From Corallochytrium limacisporum Hawaii (Eukaryota; Protista; Pluriformea), in NCBI GenBank assembly GCA_002811645.1, contig PDIP01000039.1, positions 239,593-288,832 of the forward strand: a DNA stretch of 49,240 nucleotides. The letters are read 5' to 3'. The notes under the pieces are model-generated. The model was not told the DNA's origin and made no database searches. It was given only the letters and a program-made list of their open reading frames with translations. Each line of letters begins with the position of its first letter. Position 1 is the first letter of the stretch. Positions 22,001-31,946 of the stretch are shown piece after piece. A program made the position numbers and the translations under genes.

Positions 22001-23182
22001 CTAGAGCTTTTCAAAGGACGTGTTGATGGCCTCAACGAAGTCACCAAAGAACAGGCTAATGGTGGAGAGGTGTCCTCCAGGACGGTACCGGATTTCGAAG
22101 TGCTTGATCTTCGGCAGTTCGAGGAAGGCATTCTCGATTGGGACAACACCACGGATGCCGACAAAGTAATCCTGGTCGCCATTGACCATACACACACTTC
22201 GAGCGGGGTAGTTTCTCACACCAACATGATCCTTAGTCAATTCCATAGTGTTTGTGATGCTGGTGACTCTCAGGATAAGCTCGAGGAACTTGTGAACAGT
22301 CTCTTCGCGAGTATTGGTGCCAAAGTCCCGTTGCAAAGCTGCAAAGTTGACGTTCCTTGAGAGCGCACCTATTGCGAGACCTTCGGGATTGTTAGAGATA
22401 ACACATGGTGAAACTGCAAGGTCCAAATCGGTTGCGATTGCAGCAGAAAGCAAACTCAATGCACCGCCTTGTGAAATGCCGGTAACGCCTAGCTTAACGC
22501 CAGGAAATGCTCGTTTGCAGTACTGCAGCAGGCAAAGGCCATCCGCAACGTTTACCTCGAAGCGGTTCAGAAACTCCTGGAAGGTGGCTGGTGCGATAGC
22601 TTCTAGAGGGTTGATGGCATTTTTGCGGCGCTCAGCGTACCCAGAGAATGTGAGGATGATTGAGCCGATGCCGTACTTACGAAGCAAAGGCTCAGCGATG
22701 AATTTACGTCTTGCGAATAAGTACTCGTCACCAGTACCAGCGAAATGGATCACCATCCCCTTGAGGGGAGGAATCTTGCCAGCGGTGATAGCTTCGGGGT
22801 TTGGCGTGAGGATTGCAAAAGTGCTTGTCTTATCCGCTTCGCAGCATGCTTTCTCCGGCAACGGTGTGGCGAAACGACCGTAGCGCAGGTCCATTATCTT
22901 CTCTCCGAAACCAGTTAGTGTGCCTGAAATGGTTTGCACCTCTCCATCCCAGTGAATCTTGGGAACGTAGGGCTTGAAATCATGTAGAAGTACGGTATCG
23001 AAATCTTCAGCCTTCTTTCCCAATCCGTCTCTGAAGAATGCTTGCCTGTTTGGCCTCACTAGCTCCACGAATGATGCAAAGTAACAGGGCAGCAGGTCGG
23101 GCAGGCTAAGCAGCGTCGAAAGGATCGATTGTGCCGGTGGCATGAAGGGCTGCATAAGGTGCGGCGTTACAATGTCCTCCAT
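22001..23182 (-). CDS. ABHD18: Alpha/beta hydrolase, ABHD18 (DUF2048) family (393 aa)
   Basis: FFRDGLG, GRFATPL, IHFAGTGD...RRKFIAEPL, nucleophile elbow GVTGISQGG, DYFV acid, GGHLS catalytic His. Confidence 0.85.
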   Translation of the reverse strand: MEDIVTPHLMQPFMPPAQSILSTLLSLPDLLPCYFASFVELVRPNRQAFFRDGLGKKAEDFDTVLLHDFKPYVPKIHWDGEVQTISGTLTGFGEKIMDLRYGRFATPLPEKACCEADKTSTFAILTPNPEAITAGKIPPLKGMVIHFAGTGDEYLFARRKFIAEPLLRKYGIGSIILTFSGYAERRKNAINPLEAIAPATFQEFLNRFEVNVADGLCLLQYCKRAFPGVKLGVTGISQGGALSLLSAAIATDLDLAVSPCVISNNPEGLAIGALSRNVNFAALQRDFGTNTREETVHKFLELILRVTSITNTMELTKDHVGVRNYPARSVCMVNGDQDYFVGIRGVVPIENAFLELPKIKHFEIRYRPGGHLSTISLFFGDFVEAINTSFEKL

Positions 23183-24139
23183 GTTTCTAGTTCTGTGTCT
23201 CAGTATCTCCCGAGCATGGTATGGTCGGCTACCCTAATCGACGTAAAAAGTTTAAGAGTTCAAAACAGCTCTGCCCTGAGTACCCGCACTTGTATGTGGG
23301 CGCAAGACCAGCTGACAATCAGAGACGGTGACCGGAATCGCGCAAAACTCATGATGCTGTCACCTCATGAAGGCAGGTCTCGTGTTCCTCTAGATGATTG
23401 ATGCAAGCCCCTACACATCCATCTTGATCGAGGGAGTTTCAGGCATCACCGGGTCCCCTGCGATGGCTGATACAATCGCTTAGGGATTTGACCTGTCAAG
23501 CTCTGTGCACGGTTGCTGTCCTCCCCACTATCGCTCATGTTAGTAAGGATCTTAGTACTGAAAGTCGAAGTCAGCTGACGTATCACCCGACAAAATTGCC
23601 GCAATGAAGTGCATTCCCTCGCCCTGGGAGAGGAGAGTCACTATTTCTGTCGTTTTTGTCCGGAAGGTTTACTATAGAAATTCTCTGGTCCCAAGAAATG
23701 GATGAGAAAAAATTGTTGGAACTACGCAACCCCGGCCAAACCGCTCTTGTAGGATATAAGTGAGACGAGATCAGACGGGGACAGGGACGAAGCCATAAAT
23801 ATACATCCGGATATGTAACAACGCAAATTCTATTGTATTCCAAAGATGCATCGGTGCTTGAAAACTGACAGAAAAATACGGATTGCACTTAATGAGTATT
23901 GAATTCCTTAAAATATAATATACGGATATTTTAATCGACGTACGAAGAGTAACAGTCGGAGTTTCGCGTGCGCCGGTCCTTGTTTCAGCTGTTTCGGCTG
24001 AGCGTTTCTCACTGGCAATGTCCTATAGACCTATTTCAAGCCTAAGCGTATCCTGGGATACATTGATGTCAGCGGCGGTTGTACTGTAAATAAACAAACA
24101 TTTTGCGGTTGTGCTTTTCGTTGTATACACTCTTAGGCA

Positions 24140-24757
24140 ATGGTGTGGAAACAAAAGATTATCTCCGTGGGTCCTTACCCCCGTGGGTGTCACTTGATCC
24201 ATGATCTGTTGCAAAAAGAGATAAACAATGACATTCGGAACATTAATATTGGCCTTGTTAACATTTTTGGTAAGTATGCCCTGGTGATAAATAATTGGAA
24301 CTCCGCTGATCTCGTCGTATCATATTTAGCTAACCGTCTGTTTAACAATTTTATCTAATACCCCACAGTCAAACACACATCCGCAAGCATAGCATTGCAG
24401 GAAAACTGGGACGAGTCCGTGCGCGAAGATGTAGAAATGGCCCTCAATAATTGGCTGGCTCCGGAAAACAAACCATACAAACACAGCTGCGAGGGACCCG
24501 ATGATATGCCCGCCCACCTCAAGGCCATGCTCTTTGGTGTCAGTCACACAGTACCGATCACAAATGGAAAAATGAACACTGGGACATGGCAGGGGCTCTG
24601 GTTCTGTGAGCACCGAGATGCAGGGGGTAAGTATCTTTGGGTTCTGCATTGTAGATGATCGATTTACCTAGCCGTAGACCAACTAACCACCGTCCTTTCT
24701 CCCGAGTTTCATCCCACAGGCAAGCGCCAAATCGTTGTCACCATCCAGGGAGAGTAA
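24140..24757 (+). CDS. YjbQ/UPF0047 family protein (141 aa); exons 24140-24269, 24369-24626, 24720-24757
   Basis: Spliced product MVWKQK...RGCHLI...NIFVKHTSASIALQENWDESVREDV...HSCEGPDDMPAHLKA...[27 protein letters not shown]; both introns have GTAAGT donors, CTAAC branch points and CAG acceptors and join in frame. Confidence 0.93.
24270..24368 (+). other. Spliceosomal intron 1 of YjbQ gene (99 nt, phase 1)
   Basis: gtaagtat...tagctaac...ccccacag. Confidence 0.9.
24627..24719 (+). other. Spliceosomal intron 2 of YjbQ gene (93 nt, phase 1)
   Basis: gtaagtat...aactaac...cccacag. Confidence 0.9.
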
Positions 24758-25147
24758 CGTCAGTGAATGGTTCTGTCTGTCTATGTATTGTAGACCAATC
24801 ATGTAGAAAGTCAATCAGGAGCGACTTCGTCGAAGCACGAGGACATTCTCTGCGTTTCCATCCATCCATCTGAATTGAACAGGCAAGCCTCGAAGTCTGG
24901 CTAAGGCCTCCCTGGGCAGATCTCTGAGATGGGGTGTGCACTAAGCCCGCACAAGACTTAGTGAGGTGACTAGTTGTTCTTGTTGAGGCATCCAAAGTGC
25001 TGGCAGACAGAAGAAAGGAAGGAACGCCAGTGATGTACTATCGGTAAATGTTTAATATGGAAGTTGTATGTCAATGATATGTTTAAAGGTTTGTGTTAGT
25101 CATTTACAGGAGCTAGATCAAGAAGCTCATGCTCCGTAGTTGGCACC

Positions 25148-25336
25148 TCAGTGCCAGATCTTGTAGCCCACGTTCTGCTCGCTGGCGACTTGGCTGCGAA
25201 ACTCAGGCTGAGGCATGCCGTGCTGCGCATTGAACTCAGCCCACTGCCTCTCAGCAGCAGCCTGCTGACGGTTCATGAGCTGGATAGCACCAATGCCCAT
25301 ACCGACGGCAACGAAGGGGTAGATGTACTGCTGCAT
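25148..25336 (-). CDS. Small 62-aa protein with N-terminal hydrophobic segment, unknown function
   Basis: A-rich start context (caaaacaaccATG), C/G-ending codons like neighbouring genes, hydrophobic YIYPFVAVGMGIGAIQLM, AT-richer flanks. Confidence 0.6.
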   Translation of the reverse strand: MQQYIYPFVAVGMGIGAIQLMNRQQAAAERQWAEFNAQHGMPQPEFRSQVASEQNVGYKIWH

Positions 25337-27674
25337 GGTTGTTTTGTTTGATGTAGCTTGTAAAAGGCTGTAAGGTTATTGAAACAGGTGTAGTCGTTAA
25401 ACTAATGAAATGTTACTTGATTGACGGCACCTAGGTCTGACCAAGAGAGCCGGATCCGCTACCCCTTAAATACCCGTCCGTGTCACGTTTAAGCTTCCGA
25501 TTTCCCGTAACTGTGCATCAAGATATCACGGCAAAGTAAACCTTCTTCTGTTGTGCAAGAGCATGCGTGCTAGTGGTGTTTGCACGAGATCTCTCAACAG
25601 TTCTTCTGTGTCACTTTTGCAGAAAACAACATGCACGCTCAGTCGCCTTTCGGATCTCTTTCCCCCCTAACGCTATAGGCCCCACCCACCCACTATAGAG
25701 TGGATTGGGAACTCAGAAGGCCGGCGAGACAATGCGAAAGAAAAGGGTACGTTTTCCCGTGTGGGCGCTGTTGCACATATTTCTTGCACTCCCTGTTGCT
25801 TTGCTTCCGTCAACTCGTAGGATTACCGTCTTGCAAAATTTTCTCCTTTACTTTAGGGCGGAAATTCTCCGGACGGCGGGCTGCGCATCATCCCGGAAGA
25901 AGTATTTTCAGTTTCTTGTTTTCCCGCACGCTGCCCCCGGTTTACATTGACGGCAAAGGTGACAAAATCTCCTGACATCTACTACACCTCCATTTTCCAG
26001 ATCCGATCTCTGTGCAACACCCAATGTATGATGAATCTATGCTCGAGATGTGATGATTCCGCCATTCTTCACCATCCACAGAAAACCCACTGCTGTGCAG
26101 TGCGGGCGGACGAGAGAAGGAAGCCCCTCCTGTCAAACAAATTTCCTCCTTCTTTCCCCCATTCTCGTCCCCGACGCTTCCCAGGTCCTCGTGTCCCCGT
26201 CCACGTTTCACTCTTACTGATCCATACTGAAAGTATTGATGCTGATCTCTTTATCCAAATATGGAACAAGCGAACGTGACAGGATCAGAGAAAATTTTCT
26301 AGGTTAAACCAGCATGAAGGAACCGCAAATTGTTGCAATTTTTGTCTACTGAATATTGTGGAATCTTTCTGTGAGGGTTTTCTGAGAGACATGTATTCTT
26401 GGCTGTCAAAGTTATCTGATCTTTGGCCACATACCGAATGGACAGACAAATCACGACTTCTTTTCTTCATGGAAGCATTCAGAGGATCTACTGAAAGGAG
26501 TCTCCAGCCACAGTCATACAGCTTAGTAAACAGCGAAATGTGGAAGAGTCAGTGAATGGTAGCGAGATGACCTTGCTGCTCACAGTGTTCTATAACCGGG
26601 ACTTTCAGTGCAGTCCCCGTCATCAAGGGAAAAGGCTGGGCCGCAATGGCGGCGAGTTTGCCGCATTGACAGATATTGGTGAACTGAAATTCATATAGGT
26701 TTAAGTTTGCTCGCAGTCTCATCTGAAGCATGCTTCATCGACCATGCCGTCTAAATGATTATACAGTATATTGGATACTACACACGGGAAGTACGACAAT
26801 CCTATGTGAACAGACTAAGGGTATTCTCATGACTAGCTGGTCCACTACCGCAAACAACCAGTTAGTCAATGGACAATCAAATTTTTTATCCCCCAAGCGG
26901 AGAAATTTTCTTGGTCTAACCTAGAAGTGGCGTGATCCAATTTGATCGAATCTCGGAACTGAGGATCAGGAGTTTGATCCTACGCTTCTGGTTGGTTGGA
27001 AGGGATGGTCCCGAAGCCTATCAAGAGGAACATCCTCGGCACACTACAATTGTGCAGTTTGAGTTCTCGTGGTATCACAGCATGGTCTTTTACATTACTT
27101 ACCTTAGTGGTTACAAAATCATACGAGATGGCATGGTGATGGATATGATATCCGTGGGATTGCTGGGACTCAGTACAAACTGGCAGCAATCCAACTTCCC
27201 ACCACCCGTCCCGAAAAGGGACATGCATCATCAAAAGTAAGCTTCCAATGAAACCCGGTAATAGAAACTTCTAGAATCGATACCGAAGCCTTTCTGGTGA
27301 AAATTGACATGTTGAATGTGCTTCCCGGGGGGGTCCATTTACAAGTACGTCTTGAAGCCAATCTGGCGTGCTCAATTGATCCCCTGTTCTACTACATTCC
27401 TATTGTGAATCAAGGAGTACGGAGAAGAGTGCCGGAAGAATCGCACCATACTGGAAATGTAGTGTACAATAACTCATGAATGACCGTGATCTGCGTAACG
27501 ACGCTCCAGCAGCACATCAGATCGCACGAACAAGATTGTATCACTGCTGTGCGACGAGATTTCGGGCAAATCCCCTGGTTGCCGTAGATGCAACAAAGCG
27601 ATCACAGGGCAAAGCATCCCCTAAGACTCGCTGGAGAAGACAGAACTACTAGATCTTACAATTTCACCCAATAC

Positions 27675-28184
27675 TCATTGGCACAGCAGATATGGACTGT
27701 AGCCACAGATCTTCTCCCGTAGCGTAAAGTCGACCATTTCGAATGCTGCTCCGTAGACTTCGTGCGCGAGAATGATAGTCAGTCCAAATACAACAACCTC
27801 GACGTACAGGGGACGGTATCGCTTCAGCCCCGCGGTCGACTCAACGTCGACATTGACGTAGTAAATGGTCATTGTGTAACAATAGAATGCGCACCCGACC
27901 AGTATACTGATAAATCCAGCAGTGACCTCCTTTCCATCAAGGATGCTAGAGAACTTGAAGGAACTTCGAGAAGTTATAGGAGTCGTCTTCTGAGTAGGCA
28001 ATGCCAACAAGACGTAAATAGCTACAGTGGTGAGTATGGCACCCAGGATCAGAGTCCGAAGCATCTGTTTGCGGTATACACGAATCTGTTCCTCGTTTGC
28101 GCGGTAGAAGAGATCATTCCTGTCATAGTCTGAACGAGACACTTCTTTCATTCCTTTTCTTAAGATTGCTGGCAGACCCTCCAT
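27675..28184 (-). CDS. Hypothetical multi-pass membrane protein (169 aa, about 3 TM)
   Basis: Clean ORF with aaacaatATG context and three hydrophobic segments; family not recognised. Confidence 0.6.
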   Translation of the reverse strand: MEGLPAILRKGMKEVSRSDYDRNDLFYRANEEQIRVYRKQMLRTLILGAILTTVAIYVLLALPTQKTTPITSRSSFKFSSILDGKEVTAGFISILVGCAFYCYTMTIYYVNVDVESTAGLKRYRPLYVEVVVFGLTIILAHEVYGAAFEMVDFTLREKICGYSPYLLCQ

Positions 28185-28581
28185 ATTGTTTAGCAGCAGA
28201 GTCAGAGTTGTTTTCGCACACTTGTTTGGATTCTCAGCACATATACATATATTTGTAGAGTCTCTTGTTTAAACAAAGCTTCTCACCTGACAGAGTGATC
28301 AACACAGATCAGTAGTCTCTTAACAAAGCTACAACTCATGTGCAACAATATTGTAGTAGCTCCATGAATACGTGCAGGATGTGGTCATGTTGTGATAGGC
28401 ATCCAACAAAAATGCCATACGGCCAACCCCCACCTCTTTTCGCCGGCGCCAAAAGTTTACAATTCGTCCGGCTAGCGTGGAGGGGATTCCAATTTATGAC
28501 CAGTCCGGGGCCTCCTGTGCGGGTTCGGTTTAGATGTAAAGGATGTTGTTCTTACCAGAAAACTGGAAGCCAAGTACCGTC

Positions 28582-29169
28582 TTAGTTGTTCTCCTCGTTC
28601 AAAAGAAGTTTTAGGTCCTCGTCCATCTCGTCAATCATGTATGCTAACCTCTTGAGTTTTTTCGACTCTTCCGTCTTTAAGCGATCGAGGTTTGCACTCA
28701 GTGCGTCTCGCTCTTGGGACTTGGCCAGTACCTCCTTGTTGATTCTGTTCAGGTTAACGCCCAAGTCTTGCAAGGTACGGATGGAAGTGGCCAGGGTCCT
28801 GAGAACCACCGAGCGACAGCCAAGACTTGCTTTCGCTGCTGAAACGGATTTTCTAGTGTACATCAAGTGGCGAACCAATTTCAGTAACTCCTGAGGTCTT
28901 ATTTTCGGCAGCCACTGCTTGGACAGCAAAGCGCGTTCACGCTCCTGACATTTCTGTTTCAACATGGCGCGCCGATATTGAATCACATTATGTTGAAAGC
29001 GTATGGTCTCAGTCTCTTGGCTGACCTTGGTGAGCCTGCCCTGGAGGTTTGTAAGCGATTCACAGCTTGTGACCATGTCCTCAAGACGAGCACGATGGGC
29101 ATGAACGACTTCGAGAATATGGCTTTTGGCCTCACTCTCATGTTTGCTGAGACCATCATTTAGATCCAT
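28582..29169 (-). CDS. Hypothetical coiled-coil protein (5' end uncertain, possible upstream exon)
   Basis: About 195-aa ORF rich in L/E/K/R/Q with heptad character; splice-like signals at 29172-29219 could not be joined in frame. Confidence 0.6.
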   Translation of the reverse strand: MDLNDGLSKHESEAKSHILEVVHAHRARLEDMVTSCESLTNLQGRLTKVSQETETIRFQHNVIQYRRAMLKQKCQERERALLSKQWLPKIRPQELLKLVRHLMYTRKSVSAAKASLGCRSVVLRTLATSIRTLQDLGVNLNRINKEVLAKSQERDALSANLDRLKTEESKKLKRLAYMIDEMDEDLKLLLNEENN

Positions 29170-29553
29170 CACTGTTCTTATTCCTGGTCAGAACTCCACT
29201 TCTTGACGAATTCACATACACCACACACAGTTTGCAACCTACGCTTCCTATATTCCTCCTGCTGTCCTTCCGCAGCCTTACGGAGGTCCCATAACACATT
29301 CATAATGGACATCGGATACGATTGCGATAGTGGATCCTGATCTGGAAGGCCCAAACTCGGCTTGGATGGACTTTGCTTTACTCTTTGATTACGAAACAAA
29401 CTCCTTCCATAACTGTGTTCGTTGTATCTGACGAATGTGTTTATCCGTACCGCGCTGATACCATGAGACTCATTTGAGACCCGCACCCGGGGTCCGGTCC
29501 AGGAAGACTACGGGAACGGTCGGGAGGGGCGGGGGAGGGTTTCTTGCCCTAGG

Positions 29554-31608
29554 TTACGATTGTCCTTCAGCAGGCAAACGCCGGAACAACAGATGCCATA
29601 GGTGTCTGACACATGCCGTGTAAACCTCTGCCTTGACCAGATAGTGCCGATTATCGATAGTGGCATCATCCCGCGGAGCCGTCACCGTGAAGACGTCCCA
29701 GAGACTGATCGCTGGGCCCGATCGTGAGGAGACTCTTTGAGTGTTCTTCCTTTCTGTGAACTCCGAGAGCACGTCCAAGCTACGGCGCAAAAGCATGGCA
29801 CTGAGGAGGTGATTTTGCGCACGAATCCGCTGCGGACTACGACATCGCCAAGGCGTGCCGTCAACGTCAGTCAAGCCCCGAAACTGAGTGCTGGCCACGT
29901 TTCGAACAATGAGCTGTGTCTTAGGCCAGGATTCTGTGATCCTAAGAAGGTGCCGCACCATAGGTCCGTAGCTGTCAAGGAGGTCGTTGCGGTCCGTCAT
30001 ATGCAGTCCTAGTGCTACAATCAGATGGTGTATCGGTAAGTTCGTCTTCGAGACATTTGTCACAGTTTGCTCAGATACGGGAGCATGGGCATATCCTTTC
30101 GACGTCAACGCTTTTAGCAAACGGTGGAAGTCATCTCGGTAGAGCTCTAGATACGGTTCCGGTCCCCCTGCGTAGTGTCTCTTCCCGGTGTAGTTGAGAA
30201 ACAGAAAGTAATAGTTAGTGATTTTCTTTTCACGGCACTGCATTATGAATCCCATCGAGCTACCTTGATCGTCTCCCATCAGTGTTCGACCCATGTCGAT
30301 GTCATCCTCCCAGTCCTGGCCTGTGTCATACCAGATTGATTGGGTTACTTGGCAGCCAGTCACGACCAACCATTCCGGCACGTCATTGGTCGTGGTCTCC
30401 TCATTGCCTGAGTCCGGATGCTCCAGGATGGTGCGCAGCAGCCGCGTGAAGAGCTGACGATCAATGCTATCTCCCAGCCAAGCGACTACCACATCTTCTT
30501 GAGATCCGTAGCCGTCGTCAGGGGCCAAATCGTTAAATTTGGTTAGCAGTGGGGCCGGAGCGATCGGTTCCGCCCCAGCGAAATTAGTCGAAATCCAGCG
30601 CAGGGTTCCGGCAGCAGCGCTCCTCCGTGACCACAGTCCCTGCTGTGTCCCGGCCCAGCTGCCGGTCCGCGGATGCATGGTCAACCCAACGGCACTGTTG
30701 ATCGACAGCTGCCGATCCCTGTCGGGCGACTCATGTTCGCGAGCATTCCGTCCGGTCAGCACCACGGGTAATCCCGCGACCTGGTCCCAAACCATACGAA
30801 GCGGCTGTTCCGCATCACAATGGCTACGCCAGCCGCAGGTTAACCCGACTAGATGCACATCCATGTGCCACTCCAGAGGAATTTCATCTGATTCACCGGA
30901 CAGAATTAGCGCATGGTTTCTCAGTTCCTGCAGGCCCACGATGGCGTATGTACCATTACCATAGTCCTGCGTCCTTGGAACCAAAATGGAGGGATCTTGG
31001 TCTCCGGTTCCCACTTTGACGTCAAAGTCAGCTCCACCAAAATTGATCGGGGGTTGAAATTTGCCTTTGACTTTCTCGGACACAAGCCGATCATCGACAG
31101 TAGTAAGAATATACAGTTTCTGTTCCTTTCCGTTAGGCATGAACAGTGGTAGACGACCCCGGGGCACCTCGATACGATCTGGTTGTGTACTTAATGAAAA
31201 TGACAGAACATCTTTCGTACGCAAATTTCTGTTACTACAATCCTCGTCACAGACGAGCCGGTGAGCTTTGGCCACCTTTTCTCCAACCTCGTCCATGTAC
31301 TCATCGGGATTCTCCCTTACTTTTGGGCAGACGCCCAAACACATCGTCGCTGACGGGCCACCAAAGTCTATTTCTCCCAGAGCGGGGCAATGGAGAATTT
31401 CATGCGCACGGATTGTTTCCTGTTCAGCCCAGTACCGCTGTTCCGATCCCCGCGGCAGCTCTGCTATTGGTATTCCGTCGGAATCTAGTGATACGTCTGT
31501 CAAGTTCGAGAAGCTTATGATATACAGCAGTGCCATGCCCGCTGCAAGAACTACGGGCAAGAGAAACTTGTACCGAATGGCAGGCCCCATAGTTGGTCTC
31601 GTTTTCAT
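29554..31608 (-). CDS. Type II membrane protein with PC-esterase (SGNH/GDS) domain, NXPE-like putative glycan O-acyl transferase/esterase (684 aa)
   Basis: N-terminal signal anchor FLLPVVLAAGMALLYIISF; QDYGNGTY motif; WLGDSIDRQLF (GDS) and C-terminal DNRHY (DxxH). Confidence 0.75.
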   Translation of the reverse strand: MKTRPTMGPAIRYKFLLPVVLAAGMALLYIISFSNLTDVSLDSDGIPIAELPRGSEQRYWAEQETIRAHEILHCPALGEIDFGGPSATMCLGVCPKVRENPDEYMDEVGEKVAKAHRLVCDEDCSNRNLRTKDVLSFSLSTQPDRIEVPRGRLPLFMPNGKEQKLYILTTVDDRLVSEKVKGKFQPPINFGGADFDVKVGTGDQDPSILVPRTQDYGNGTYAIVGLQELRNHALILSGESDEIPLEWHMDVHLVGLTCGWRSHCDAEQPLRMVWDQVAGLPVVLTGRNAREHESPDRDRQLSINSAVGLTMHPRTGSWAGTQQGLWSRRSAAAGTLRWISTNFAGAEPIAPAPLLTKFNDLAPDDGYGSQEDVVVAWLGDSIDRQLFTRLLRTILEHPDSGNEETTTNDVPEWLVVTGCQVTQSIWYDTGQDWEDDIDMGRTLMGDDQGSSMGFIMQCREKKITNYYFLFLNYTGKRHYAGGPEPYLELYRDDFHRLLKALTSKGYAHAPVSEQTVTNVSKTNLPIHHLIVALGLHMTDRNDLLDSYGPMVRHLLRITESWPKTQLIVRNVASTQFRGLTDVDGTPWRCRSPQRIRAQNHLLSAMLLRRSLDVLSEFTERKNTQRVSSRSGPAISLWDVFTVTAPRDDATIDNRHYLVKAEVYTACVRHLWHLLFRRLPAEGQS

Positions 31609-31946
31609 TCACTTGGTTACTCCCCTACATGGCTGAATTGAATTGAAATGGACTGCTACTATCGGTCCTGTCCTATACTAGATTTCGAATGGAATTGGCA
31701 TTTGCATTCTGTTCATCAGCGATGGAAACCAAAATCTTTGCCTGCATTAGCATCCAATTATACCTTGCGACGGCCGTCTTGTCCTCGTCAAACTTTTTCT
31801 AAGAATTCGGCGCGTCTTCGGGTGCTCTGGTGGCACTCACCCTCCCCTCCCCAGGGCGACAGCAAGGCGCACCTTGGTGGAGGAGGGTCACCGACCATGA
31901 AGTATACAAATGCTTAAATTGATTGCCATTCTAGTTCTCTATAGAT

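Noticed and set aside
23950-24368. TPP riboswitch or intronic snoRNA associated with YjbQ
   Set aside because: Only isolated GCTGAG or CTGA words; no complete aptamer core or properly spaced C/D boxes
29172-29219. GTATGT...CTGAC...CAG intron joining ORF 29178-29486 to the coiled-coil gene
   Set aside because: The donor is phase 0 while the acceptor needs phase 1; no in-frame join found with a strong donor
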